A stretch of 64,000 nt of DNA from Candidatus Poribacteria bacterium (GCA_965198235.1 OZ240248.1:3936001-4000000), one strand, 5' to 3'; counted from the first letter of the stretch, positions 20,095 to 30,289 are shown. The notes: generated from the letters alone by a model not told the origin. Numbers and translations: made by a program.

Positions 20095-21015
20095 TCACCT
20101 GAAAATGTCGTATTCAGTTAACTCCATAATTGCAATACCTTGTTCGCCTGCAACCGAATAGAGAAGCCACGTTTTTCCATCCTCACAATAGATAGCTGGA
20201 TCGCGAAGTTCATGCACGCGTTCGCGATCTAACCCACCTGTCGACGGTCTAATCGGTAGATCCACACCCTCAAAATCGTATTTTGGCGCGATAACCTCTG
20301 TTGGTTCAGATGGATGCCAATCGTTCCAATCGTCTGTCAACTGCACGGTGCTTTTACGGATGCGCTCTGGACTATCTCCGTAAAGTGAATAATAGACAGT
20401 CAAGGTATCCCCTTCAAGGAGGTTTGCTGTGTGGCGTGGGAAACCTGTGTTGTCCTTAGCCGATTTGCGTGGAAAGAGCGGTGTATCTCGCGGAATGAAT
20501 GCTGCTGTCCATTCCGGTGTTTGTGCACGGCTTATCCAGCCATGATACGTTGCATAGGGGTGTCCATTCCACCAAAAGACGCGAAAATAGGCACCGTTTC
20601 GTTTATCCAATGTATCCGAAGCGGTGTAATTCACTCCATCAGTAGAGGTCGCCCAGCAGGTTGCCTGCCCTCCACCGTAGTTTCCGTGAAAATACATGAA
20701 GAAACGGCGATTTTCCTCATCTATGTGGACATCCGGGGAAGCGATGTGGTCGCAGCCGTGAAACACAGTATTGTCGCGATGCAACGCGCCGGGGCGATAG
20801 ATAGTGTAAGGACCTTCAATTGCATCGGCATAAGCGAATCGGATATAGGCACCGCGATGATGCGCGAAGTAGAGATAGTATTTTCCCAAAGGCCCACCTC
20901 TGGAACAGTCTACCCACTCTGGCACGCGAACGAGTGAAGGCCCATTGATATTCGAGAAACCGTGTTCCCTATCAATCTCAGGCATGTCGGGATGGATTAG
21001 CAGCGTTCGTTCCAT
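20095..21015 (-). CDS. Five-bladed beta-propeller glycosidase-like protein (GH43/32/130 fold)
   Basis: NINGPSL, YYLYFAHH, HIASPDV, FMYFHG, ELRDPAI. Confidence 0.7.
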   Translation of the reverse strand: MERTLLIHPDMPEIDREHGFSNINGPSLVRVPEWVDCSRGGPLGKYYLYFAHHRGAYIRFAYADAIEGPYTIYRPGALHRDNTVFHGCDHIASPDVHIDEENRRFFMYFHGNYGGGQATCWATSTDGVNYTASDTLDKRNGAYFRVFWWNGHPYATYHGWISRAQTPEWTAAFIPRDTPLFPRKSAKDNTGFPRHTANLLEGDTLTVYYSLYGDSPERIRKSTVQLTDDWNDWHPSEPTEVIAPKYDFEGVDLPIRPSTGGLDRERVHELRDPAIYCEDGKTWLLYSVAGEQGIAIMELTEYDIFR

Positions 21016-21036
21016 ATTTCTCCTCTCGATACTTCC

Positions 21037-21855
21037 TTAATCGTGTGTCTGAAACCGATACATCTCTTGTGCTTCTTCAGACATATCGTTCCATATATCC
21101 TCTGAAATCCGTGCCCCGAAGATTCCGGGTGCATCAGGGGAGTGGTGCAACCGTCGGAAATAGACTAAGGCGAGCATGTGGCGGATAGTTTGTGACCGGT
21201 TCGGCATTGCACGGTGCCAGCATCGCATGTCACGGACGACGACTGAGCCGGCAGGCATTTCCAACTGAAAAGAGGGGTGTTGTGCAGCGCGGTCTTCCTC
21301 GCAGACGTTGTATGGAGAGTTGCGCACCGCCGCATCATCAATGATGAGATGTGAACCGGGCCACACCTCTGTTGCCCCGTTTTCCACTGTAAAATCAACG
21401 AGCGGAATGTTAACGACGATCGTTGAAACCGGTAGTGCAAACGACAGTTCAGGGAAAAGTTGACCCGAATCTCGATGAATCCATTGCGTTTCAGAACCCG
21501 GACGGGTCGAGTTACAGCCGTAAGGCAGATACGCGAACACCTTTTCACCCATTGCCGCTTTCAGAATCGGTGTCGCGAACGGGTTATCAATGATGCGCGG
21601 ATCCATGAACGGCATCTTTAGCATTGGATTCTCACCCTTGTGACCGTTCTCCTCATTAGTAAGCACGGTTTCCATATCGACATCGAGTTCTGCTATCCAA
21701 TCGCGCGGGAGAACACTTTCAATGACTACCAAACCTGCCTCGCGTAACAGGCGCACGCCTGCATCGACGCTTTCTGGCGTGAGTTTGTTTTCAGCACGTT
21801 CCTGATCGGAGATTTCCAGTTTGGGAATATTTATTTTTCGTCCTGTGGTTTCCAT
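21037..21855 (-). CDS. Phytanoyl-CoA dioxygenase (PhyH) family protein
   Basis: QWIHRD, NGATEVWPGSH, CWHR. Confidence 0.88.
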   Translation of the reverse strand: METTGRKINIPKLEISDQERAENKLTPESVDAGVRLLREAGLVVIESVLPRDWIAELDVDMETVLTNEENGHKGENPMLKMPFMDPRIIDNPFATPILKAAMGEKVFAYLPYGCNSTRPGSETQWIHRDSGQLFPELSFALPVSTIVVNIPLVDFTVENGATEVWPGSHLIIDDAAVRNSPYNVCEEDRAAQHPSFQLEMPAGSVVVRDMRCWHRAMPNRSQTIRHMLALVYFRRLHHSPDAPGIFGARISEDIWNDMSEEAQEMYRFQTHD

Positions 21856-21858
21856 GTG

Positions 21859-22030
21859 CTAATTCTGCCTTTCTGGTTGATTTTGAGGAAGTTTCAGTTC
21901 TGATCGAATCACTTGGCGAACCCCCGTGCAGAGGTCGGCCGCCTGCTCTGCATTTTTAGGAGTCGCTGAATCACCAGGATAACGAGTGTCTACTGCATAT
22001 TGGGAAAGTTCGGACAAGTCGCTTGGATGT
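21859..22030 (-). pseudogene. C-terminal remnant of a HEPN-domain protein
   Basis: LSELSQYAVDTRYPG...AEQAADLCTGVRQVIRSEL matches the HEPN C-terminal helices; N-terminal part absent. Confidence 0.6.
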
Positions 22031-22246
22031 CCTGCCGAGTAATCATCTGCTTTGCCTCCTATTTTTTGTAAAGTATAACATAAAATGTGAAGTCGGTCAA
22101 GATTCATTGCTATAGCAAGGCAACAGCAGATCGAAATTGAGAAAAATTGTTGTTTTCTTCTGCGAATTCGTATAAAATAAAATAAACTTTCAAGCTACAT
22201 CTGATTAGAATGAGTCTCAGTACCACATTTATAGGTAAAGGAGTAT

Positions 22247-23038
22247 GTGATGACACCCGAAGTCGCTTTACAAAAACGGGAGCAAATGATCGAAGAGGGT
22301 TTCTGTGTTGTTGATGATGTTCTGACAGAGGAGTTTCTACAAGAACTCGGAGACGAGTCAGAACGACTTATCGCAGGACACGTGGAACCGGAGGATGTTA
22401 TCTATCAAGGACAGCACGTCAACGTCCGCGGTGAAGATAACGCGCATATCCAAAAACTGCTGGAGTGGCAGCCGTCACAGGAGGCACTCGAACAGATTGG
22501 GTTTGGGGATTTTACGACATCTGGCGGGATTATTATTCTGACAAAGGAATCTGGGGGACCCCCACTCTATTGGCATCAAGATTGGATGCGCTGGAACGAT
22601 CCATTGAGCTGCGCGCCGTGGCCTCAGACGATTTTTCTTAATTATTATCTTACCGATACCGACCGCGAAAATGGCTGTTTAAAGGTCATTCCGGGGACAC
22701 ACCGCAAGCGAATCGATTTACACGACATATTGGTGCCAGCACATGAGCAGGGCGCGCGGTTTGTTGATGAAGAGCATCCTATCATGTTCAGTGATCACCC
22801 GGATCAAGTGGATGTGTGCGCAAAAGCGGGTTCATTGGTAATTGCAGACGCGCGCATTTTACACTCCGCCCACAAAAACTACACTGATGTTCGACGCACG
22901 CTAATTCTCGCATGGCATAGCCGTCCGAACACCGTGCCAGACTATTGGGATAGCGAAATCCCGGAGATCATTGCGAATCGCGACGAAGACGCAAATTATC
23001 CGATGTCTCGTATTCCTGGTGATTTATTACAGTCCTAA
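22247..23038 (+). CDS. PhyH family dioxygenase
   Basis: WHQD, NGCLKVIPGTH, ILHSA. Confidence 0.88.
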   Translation: MMTPEVALQKREQMIEEGFCVVDDVLTEEFLQELGDESERLIAGHVEPEDVIYQGQHVNVRGEDNAHIQKLLEWQPSQEALEQIGFGDFTTSGGIIILTKESGGPPLYWHQDWMRWNDPLSCAPWPQTIFLNYYLTDTDRENGCLKVIPGTHRKRIDLHDILVPAHEQGARFVDEEHPIMFSDHPDQVDVCAKAGSLVIADARILHSAHKNYTDVRRTLILAWHSRPNTVPDYWDSEIPEIIANRDEDANYPMSRIPGDLLQS

Positions 23039-23065
23039 CACAGCGCGGTATCTTTAGAATATGGA

Positions 23066-23830
23066 GTGGAGATGATCCCGATTGACCTTTCCAATAAAGT
23101 AGCAGTAATTACAGGCGGTTCAGGCGCGTTAGGGCGTGTTATGGTAAGGACCTTGGCGGAAGCGGGTGCGGATATTGCAATCTGCTACTACAGGGACCAA
23201 GAAACAGCGCACCTTCTGCAAGATGAAATCACCGGAAAAGGCGTACGGGCAGCCGTAGTACAGGCAGATGTCACAAATCAGGATTCGATAAACGCTATGC
23301 GTGATGCCGTCTCAGAGCGACTCGGTGCGGCAGACATCATCGTCAATAACGCCGTAATTCAGTATACATGGACCTCTGTTTTAGAGCAGCCCGCTGAAGA
23401 CTACGAAAGCCAGTTCCAGTCATGTGTTCTGCACAATGTATACATGGCACAAGCCTTTGTCCCCGCGATGATCGAATCAGGATGGGGACGGGTCGTCAGC
23501 ATTAATACAGAATGTTCAATGCAAAACTTCGTAAGGCAGAGTGCCTACACATCGGGTAAGCGAGGTATGGACGGTGTCTTGCGGGTGCTCGCCAAAGAGG
23601 TTGGTGCGCAGGGTGTCACTGTCAACCAAGTTGCACCGGGATGGACTATCAGCGAAAAGAGTGAAGCAAGCGCGTCCGACGAACATTATTGGAGTAAAGT
23701 CCCAATGCAACGCCGTGGCACTGCCCAAGAGATCGCCAACGTCGTGCTTTTCCTTGCGTCAGATCTCGCGAGTTACATCACGGGTGCGTATATCCCGGTG
23801 TGCGGTGGGAATGTGATGCCCACAATTTGA
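23066..23830 (+). CDS. Short-chain dehydrogenase/reductase
   Basis: TGGSGALG, VNNA, YTSGK, VNQVAPG. Confidence 0.9.
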   Translation: MEMIPIDLSNKVAVITGGSGALGRVMVRTLAEAGADIAICYYRDQETAHLLQDEITGKGVRAAVVQADVTNQDSINAMRDAVSERLGAADIIVNNAVIQYTWTSVLEQPAEDYESQFQSCVLHNVYMAQAFVPAMIESGWGRVVSINTECSMQNFVRQSAYTSGKRGMDGVLRVLAKEVGAQGVTVNQVAPGWTISEKSEASASDEHYWSKVPMQRRGTAQEIANVVLFLASDLASYITGAYIPVCGGNVMPTI

Positions 23831-23855
23831 CGAATCTCTATGTTAAGGATGAACC

Positions 23856-24251
23856 GTGGAATTAAAAGTTTGTGCTCTTGGAATCTTGTTCAGGAATGGA
23901 AAAATTCTGTTGGGCAAAAGGGCTAAACACCGAACTTCCTATCCGAATGTCTGGGACATGATTGGTGGACATTGCGAAAATGCTGAAACACCGAAACAGA
24001 CACTCATCAGGGAACTGCAAGAAGAAATCGGTGTTACACCCATTCAGTTTGAACACATTTCAACCTTATTTGATTCCAATAACGATCACACCTACCATGT
24101 ATTTGTCGTAACAGATTGGAAAGGTGAACCAGCGTGTCTACAACCAGAGGAGCACTCAATGATCGGATGGTTCAGAATCAAGGATGCGTTAAAATTGGAG
24201 CTTGCCTTACCTGTGTATTGCAAATTGTTTACCAGTCTTGAAGACCGCTAA
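23856..24251 (+). CDS. NUDIX hydrolase
   Basis: GGHCENAETPKQTLIRELQEEIG Nudix box. Confidence 0.85.
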   Translation: MELKVCALGILFRNGKILLGKRAKHRTSYPNVWDMIGGHCENAETPKQTLIRELQEEIGVTPIQFEHISTLFDSNNDHTYHVFVVTDWKGEPACLQPEEHSMIGWFRIKDALKLELALPVYCKLFTSLEDR

Positions 24252-24298
24252 TTAATTGCATATTTTAAAACCCACAATTACTTGAACATTGACAGTAA

Positions 24299-24323
24299 GC
24301 GAGGTTAGAAACCTCGCCAGCGG
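24299..24323. repeat. REP-like palindrome GCGAGGTT-AGA-AACCTCGC; second copy at 33618-33642
   Basis: 24 of 25 nt identical to the reverse complement of 33618-33642. Confidence 0.75.
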
Positions 24324-24414
24324 GACCCTTGGGGTGTTTGCTTGGGTGTTTTCCGTTCGCTAAACAACTGTCTGCGTGCTTTCAGGCATTACTATAAAAT
24401 CAGTCGAGGAAAAT

Positions 24415-25251
24415 ATGGAACGACATAAACTCCAGTACGAAGTACTGAACGCCCACAATCCGAATGGGGAAACAGGGCAAAACTGGGACGTGGAAGTGCA
24501 TGCCAGTCCCGAAGAGTTGCAAACATTCGCCGAGACGGGTTGTCTCGCTCGTGAAGGACTCTTTCAAGGCGAGGCACTCCAAAAATTGAGGGATGCCCTT
24601 GATTGCTTGGAAGAACGTGAATGGAAAAAGCGGGACAGTGCGATGGCTGGGAAACGGGGTTGGGGCTTCATTCCACGTCATCTGATGGATAAAGATGAAG
24701 CATTTTTAGAACTCCTAAAATTCCAACCGACTTTATCAATTGCCCGTGCGATGATGGGACCGCTTGTGCGGTTGCGTGGTCTGAGCGCACGCATCACTTA
24801 TCCCGGGGATGATCGGGAGCATCAAACACCGTGGCACCAACATCTACGCGTAGTATCTAATCCGTTGCCCCCGTGGTTTTCACGTCCACACTGCATCGAT
24901 TGCCTTATCTATCTCGATGATTTGAACGAAGATACCGGCGCGGTCGCAGTCGTTCCTGGATCACACAACTGGTTAGACAAGGCAACACCGAATATCTACG
25001 AATCGGTAGATGGTGAAGTCGAGTTACGGGTGAAAGCGGGTGGAGGTGTTCTGATCCACGGCAATCTCTGGCATCGAGGCCTACCAACGCTCAACGCTAA
25101 ACGGAGAATGTTAATCTTAAGTTATACACCGACATGGTTACGAAAATCACCACACGGCGGCGAACAACCCGAAGATGGGTTAACCCACACCTTCCTTGAA
25201 GACGCAGATCTGGAAGAACGGATGCTGTTAGGTGTGGGTGGATATTCCTAA
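24415..25251 (+). CDS. PhyH family dioxygenase, HxH variant
   Basis: WHQH, TGAVAVVPGSH, LWHRG; GAGG RBS before 24415. Confidence 0.82.
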   Translation: MERHKLQYEVLNAHNPNGETGQNWDVEVHASPEELQTFAETGCLAREGLFQGEALQKLRDALDCLEEREWKKRDSAMAGKRGWGFIPRHLMDKDEAFLELLKFQPTLSIARAMMGPLVRLRGLSARITYPGDDREHQTPWHQHLRVVSNPLPPWFSRPHCIDCLIYLDDLNEDTGAVAVVPGSHNWLDKATPNIYESVDGEVELRVKAGGGVLIHGNLWHRGLPTLNAKRRMLILSYTPTWLRKSPHGGEQPEDGLTHTFLEDADLEERMLLGVGGYS

Positions 25252-25271
25252 ATCACAGGAGAAGTTTCTGA

Positions 25272-26021
25272 ATGAAATATTGTTTGCCTTTAATCGTTGT
25301 CCTCTCTATTTTCGCAATATACTTACCTTGTTCTGCCCAACACCCGGATGCTGTTGGCATTTGGCTCTTCGATGAAGGAGAAGGTGATGAAGCTGCCGAT
25401 AGATCCGGTCACGAACATACTGCCAGCGTTGCTGGCGGAAAACTGGAATGGGCTGATGGCAAAATTGGTAAGGCTGTCGGTTTTAAACCCGGTACTTATC
25501 TTGAGGTTGAACATACAGACGCGTTGAACTTAGAAACGTTCACAGTTGCCGCGTGGGTTAAATTCTTGAACGATACGGGTGGTGGTGAGCAGAACATCGC
25601 CTATAAACAGGTGGGAGATGATCGAGCCACGCGCAATTATACACTAAAAATGTGGGGTGGTAAAATCTACGGCATTTTTGCCAGTGACGGGAACACAGAT
25701 GCTGTCGAATTGGAAAGTGCCACCGACGTTGTTGACGAAAAATGGCATCACGTCGCACTCACCTACGACAAAAAAGCCTTGCGGTTATATGTTAATGGTA
25801 AAGAGGAAGGTTCCGGTGATTTCGCGAAAAACCCCGAAACAAACGACGCACCACTTCGTATTGGAAACGGTATCGATGGTCTGATTGACGAACTCCAGAT
25901 TTTGAGCGTAGCACTCTCGGCAGATGACATTCGACGCGATATGGATGACGGGATACAACTTCCCGTCAAACCGATAGGCAAAGTTACTACGACATGGAGC
26001 AGGCTAAAAACACAATGGTAG
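25272..26021 (+). CDS. Secreted LamG/concanavalin-like domain protein with TTW tail
   Basis: Signal peptide, WLFDEGEG, GKIGKA, WHHVALTYD, GLIDE, tail VKPIGKVTTTWSRLK. Confidence 0.85.
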   Translation: MKYCLPLIVVLSIFAIYLPCSAQHPDAVGIWLFDEGEGDEAADRSGHEHTASVAGGKLEWADGKIGKAVGFKPGTYLEVEHTDALNLETFTVAAWVKFLNDTGGGEQNIAYKQVGDDRATRNYTLKMWGGKIYGIFASDGNTDAVELESATDVVDEKWHHVALTYDKKALRLYVNGKEEGSGDFAKNPETNDAPLRIGNGIDGLIDELQILSVALSADDIRRDMDDGIQLPVKPIGKVTTTWSRLKTQW

Positions 26022-26044
26022 TCGTACATCCTGACCACGGAAAA

Positions 26045-26357
26045 ATGGAAACCATCATTAGAAAAGCAGTTCCAGATGATGCGAAACCTGTCGCATCCGT
26101 CCTTAACTCGGTTATTCTTGAGGCGCGATATACCGCACTAACGAACCCCTTCACAGAAAATGAAGAGCGTGCCTTTATCAAAGGATTATGTCCACGAGAA
26201 AATCGCTATTCAAGTGATAGCAGACAATACACGAGCACTCCGATTTTATAGTAACCTCGGTTTTGAGAAGATTGGTGTCGCCAAAAAACATGTGAAATTT
26301 GAGGATAGATTCTGTGATGTATTCTATTTGGAAAAATTTCTAACAGATGACTCCTAA
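26045..26357 (+). pseudogene. GNAT acetyltransferase pseudogene with internal deletion and frameshift
   Basis: N-terminal IIRKAVPDDA joined out of frame near 26200 to C-terminal VIADNTRALRFYSNLGFEKIG; acetyl-CoA-binding motif A missing. Confidence 0.75.
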
Positions 26358-28308
26358 ACGTGGCGTGACCTTTCGTGCCGTGCTGATAGGTGTGGTGTTT
26401 ATTCCACTTAACGCCTATCTCGTTGTGCAGTTGGAAACGGTGTGGGGCATTGGCGATCCCACAACAATGACGATATTTTTCAATGCTATCTTCTGCTTCT
26501 TTCTCGTCATTGTCCTGAATCTCATACTCGCACGATGGATACCAAAAAATGCTTTAAATCAAGGTGAATTGCTGACGATTTACAGCATTTTGATGGTGTC
26601 TGTATCGGTGAGTGGGCAAGATTTCGCGCATACCATTTTTGGCACCTTGGGCAACGCCCGATGGTTCGCTACACCTGAAAACGAATGGACGACCTTGTTC
26701 CTAAGCTACCTTCCGCAGTGGCTTGAGCCTTCCGAAAAAGCATTGGAAGGCTATTTTTCGGGCGAATCTTCATTCTATGTATCAAGGAACATCAAAGGGT
26801 GGATTCAACCGTTAGTGTGGTGGACCCTTTTCCTGACGGTCCTGTGTTTTGTGATGATTTGTATCAACAGTATCATCCGCCGGCAGTGGATAGAGCAGGA
26901 AAGATTGACATACCCATTAATCTATTTACCCTTTGAAATGACGCAGGAGTCCTTTTTCAAAAATCGGCTCTTATGGCTCGGCTTCGGAATCGCTGGAGCG
27001 ATTAATCTTCTCAACGGTCTGAACGCACTCTTCCCCGTCCTCCCTAAAATTCCACTCTCCTATAATCTCGCAACACATTTCATAGAACGCCCTTGGAATA
27101 GCATTCAAGGCTGGCCCGGTATGCCTATTCAAGCGAACCCTTTTATCATCGGGCTTACCTTTCTAATTCCTCTTGGTTTGCTCTTTTCCTGCTGGTTTTT
27201 CTATTTTATATGGAAGTTACAGTACATCGTTGGGAGTATGGTGGGTGTTAACGTTCCACACTATCCGTTTGCAAATCAGCAGGTGTTAGGCGGGTATTTA
27301 GGCATCGTTGTTGTAACGCTGTGGGTCGCGAGAAAACATCTATGGCGGGTGCTGAAAGGGGCAGTGAATCCAGAATCAGTTCCTGATGATACCACCGAAC
27401 CGATGCGATATCGGACAGCAGTTTGGGGAACACTGTTAGGAATTGCCTTCTTAATCGGTTTCTGTTATCAAGCCGGAATGTCCTTGAGTTTTGCCTTCGC
27501 ATTCTTTGGCATTTACTACCTCATCCTGTTCGGGTTTACGCGGATGCGGGCTGAACTTGGTCCGCTTATGCACGGCATCCATTACTTCGGTCCTTTCCAA
27601 CTCATTGTTGCGGCAATTGGAAGCCATCGTATTTCCCCACAAACGCTAACCGTTGCGGCACCGCATTGGACACACACGAAAGAATTCCTGAACAAACCGA
27701 TGCCTGCCTATCTGGAGAGTTTCAAATTGGCGGAGCGAGCGAACGTTACCGCGGGCAGCGTTGCCATAGACACTCGAAAACTCTGGAGAGTGTGCCTGTT
27801 GGCAACATTTCTGTCTATTGCTGTAACACTCTGGGCATTCCTTGAACTCGGCTATAAATGGGGCGGACCCGGGGCATGGCGGGGTAATCTCGCCTACAAT
27901 GCTATAGCGCGAGTGTTGAAACAACCGACAGATCCAGATTTCGCGCAGCTCGGCGCGACAGGCTTGGGTATGGTCTTCGTCCTTGTCGGGACTGCCCTAC
28001 GCTTAAGATTTCTTTGGTGGTCCCTTTATCCACTTGCTTATCCACTCGCGGGCTATTACTATTTCAACTACCTCTGGTTTCCATTTCTTGTCTGCTGGTT
28101 GGTAAAGTGGGTAATCCTGAAATACGGCGGTATTCGCGGATATCGTAGAGCGGTTCCACTGTTTCTCGGATTGGTTCTCGGAGACTTCATCTTAGGATGT
28201 ATATGGACGATCCTTGGCTTACTGACAGGCGAAGTGACGTATATGTTCCAAGAATTGGTGTTTTGCCCAGATGTTCCCAACACGTCAACAGTGCCTTTCA
28301 TATCGTGA
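26347..28308 (+). CDS. Large polytopic membrane protein (DUF6785/DUF6784-like, putative transporter)
   Basis: GVTFRAVLIG, LNQGELLTIY, FATPENEW, RRQWIEQERLTYP, RMRAELG, YGGIRGYRRAVPLFLGLVLGD. Confidence 0.75.
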   Translation: MTPKRGVTFRAVLIGVVFIPLNAYLVVQLETVWGIGDPTTMTIFFNAIFCFFLVIVLNLILARWIPKNALNQGELLTIYSILMVSVSVSGQDFAHTIFGTLGNARWFATPENEWTTLFLSYLPQWLEPSEKALEGYFSGESSFYVSRNIKGWIQPLVWWTLFLTVLCFVMICINSIIRRQWIEQERLTYPLIYLPFEMTQESFFKNRLLWLGFGIAGAINLLNGLNALFPVLPKIPLSYNLATHFIERPWNSIQGWPGMPIQANPFIIGLTFLIPLGLLFSCWFFYFIWKLQYIVGSMVGVNVPHYPFANQQVLGGYLGIVVVTLWVARKHLWRVLKGAVNPESVPDDTTEPMRYRTAVWGTLLGIAFLIGFCYQAGMSLSFAFAFFGIYYLILFGFTRMRAELGPLMHGIHYFGPFQLIVAAIGSHRISPQTLTVAAPHWTHTKEFLNKPMPAYLESFKLAERANVTAGSVAIDTRKLWRVCLLATFLSIAVTLWAFLELGYKWGGPGAWRGNLAYNAIARVLKQPTDPDFAQLGATGLGMVFVLVGTALRLRFLWWSLYPLAYPLAGYYYFNYLWFPFLVCWLVKWVILKYGGIRGYRRAVPLFLGLVLGDFILGCIWTILGLLTGEVTYMFQELVFCPDVPNTSTVPFIS

Positions 28309-28513
28309 AGACAGAGGAGGATGTATAGAGATTTTAATAGGATGTCTTAAAAACCACAATTATAATAATGCTTGCTTTTTTCTGACAATTTTTGTATACT
28401 AAAATCGAGTTTGTAAGTCATGTCCCAAAGAGGATTCTTCTGTTCTCTTGAAATATGAACGCTTTTAAAGATGCACACTGATACTACGTGCGTGTTGTAA
28501 AAGGAGATTCTTA

Positions 28514-29332
28514 ATGAAAACTGCTCTTACGTTCAGCCTGTTGATGTTAGTGCTAATTTTAAGGGGACCGGTGTTGATGACCGATGCCCAAGTGGTCAAA
28601 GAGGATGATCTCATCATCTACTACAGTTTCAACAAAGATACTCTCAAGGGTGATGATGTGCTTGATGTGTCCGGTAACAAAAATGACGGACTTATCAAAG
28701 GTAACCTTAAATCGGTGGCAGGCAAGGTCGCGGAAGGAATGGAGTTTCCCGGGGTAGCAACAGACTACATTTCAGTACGGGAACACCATTATGTCGATCC
28801 GATCAAAGAGATTAGCTTCTCGACATGGGTTAATGCGGGTCAAAGAGGTATGATTGCGTCCTGGGATCGGAGTGAATTCTTTCGTTTTGCTGTAGGCGAT
28901 GATGTGGGTGGAAACAATGGTACCACTTTTGTTGCTTTTGATACCTGTTGTCCGTGTTGTCATGATTGGTTCGGTGAAACAGATGTTGCAGATGAAAAAT
29001 GGCATCATCTTGCCGCGACATTCGATGGTAAAGTGAAGCGGATATACGTTGATGGCAAATTAGATCAAGAAGAAGATGCACCCGCTAAAGTCATCGGTGC
29101 GGGGCAATCACGGTATGGATTCATTGGGATTGGCTCAGAAGCAGCTGCATTTGATGCAGCTACAGGTCCCACATGGGCATATAGCGGAATTCTGGACGAG
29201 TTTATGTTGTTCCACCGCGCGCTTTCTGAGAAAGAGGTTAAACACCTTGCCAGCGGACCTGAGAATCCGTTTGCAGTCGATCCGAGTGGCAAATTGAGTA
29301 CAACTTGGGGCGACATCAAAGACATCGATTAG
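28514..29332 (+). CDS. Secreted LamG domain protein with TTWG tail
   Basis: Signal peptide, YYSF, DVSGNKNDG, WHHLAATFDG, GILDE, tail AVDPSGKLSTTWGDIK. Confidence 0.87.
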   Translation: MKTALTFSLLMLVLILRGPVLMTDAQVVKEDDLIIYYSFNKDTLKGDDVLDVSGNKNDGLIKGNLKSVAGKVAEGMEFPGVATDYISVREHHYVDPIKEISFSTWVNAGQRGMIASWDRSEFFRFAVGDDVGGNNGTTFVAFDTCCPCCHDWFGETDVADEKWHHLAATFDGKVKRIYVDGKLDQEEDAPAKVIGAGQSRYGFIGIGSEAAAFDAATGPTWAYSGILDEFMLFHRALSEKEVKHLASGPENPFAVDPSGKLSTTWGDIKDID

Positions 29333-29341
29333 AAAGTCAAC

Positions 29342-29371
29342 GGGCGGCATCACGGTGCCGCCCATTTTTTT
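29342..29371 (+). terminator. Intrinsic terminator
   Basis: GGGCGGCA-6 nt-TGCCGCCC followed by ATTTTTTT, just after the stop at 29332. Confidence 0.8.
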
Positions 29372-29389
29372 ACTCTCCGATCAGTGGCT

Positions 29390-30163
29390 TTAGGCATCAG
29401 ATGCTGTTATTGCTTCTTGAACCCCGGGCCACTCACCCCATATATCGGTGTAAGCATCATAACCGTTTTTCTCACAATCAACGTGACGTAGGCGAAAGAT
29501 GACAGCGTAGCGAATATCCGCCGCGGCGTTTGGTGCCGCAGTGTGGACGATCTGGTGATGGGTCAGGATTACATCGCCTGCCTTACCGACTATTTGCGTT
29601 GGTCCCTCCGGCAGTTCCGGTTTCGGCATCCCATTCGCCAATATTTCGTGCCCTTCCTTTTTGAAATAGTCGGCGAAAAAACTGTGCGATTTGGGCCAAA
29701 CAGTGAAGTTCCCGCCATACGGTTCAGGGACATCCGCGAGATAAATCACAGCGAGTGCGGTAAATCCACGCCGATAAACCCCTTTTGCCATTCCATTTTT
29801 ACCGCTCCCCAACCCGTCAAGGTGTCCGTTCGGTTCATTTGGATCCACGTGCAACGGACCCGGGAAACGCAGTGCTATCTGTCCTGAGTTCGGGATTTGA
29901 ACGTTCCCTTCACCCATCAACGACTCCGAAAGTTGGAGGATAGGCGTTTTAGTGAAGAGATCGACGATCTCAGAGGCTTCACGAATTTCGCTGCAATAGG
30001 ATTGCGCTCGGTAACGCTCTAAGTCTCCTTCGTTCATACCAACAGCACCCATAGAGTGATTAATTGCCTGCCGTGCTGCGTCTACCATTAGTGGTGGAAC
30101 AACACCGGGGACAGAGATATAGCCGTTTTCACAAAACTCTAACTTCTGTTTACGACTGAGCAT
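29390..30163 (-). CDS. PhyH family dioxygenase
   Basis: GHLDG, GNFTVWPKSH, GKAGDVIL..IVHT. Confidence 0.85.
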   Translation of the reverse strand: MLSRKQKLEFCENGYISVPGVVPPLMVDAARQAINHSMGAVGMNEGDLERYRAQSYCSEIREASEIVDLFTKTPILQLSESLMGEGNVQIPNSGQIALRFPGPLHVDPNEPNGHLDGLGSGKNGMAKGVYRRGFTALAVIYLADVPEPYGGNFTVWPKSHSFFADYFKKEGHEILANGMPKPELPEGPTQIVGKAGDVILTHHQIVHTAAPNAAADIRYAVIFRLRHVDCEKNGYDAYTDIWGEWPGVQEAITASDA

Positions 30164-30289
30164 ATATGCTTCTCCATTTTGCGAGCATTAAAGTATTTTA
30201 CCCATCAAAAGTTTATGATGGCTTAATTATAGCATATCCGACCTGGATTGCCAAAAGATTATTATCGGTTTACCTACGATGGTGAAGAG

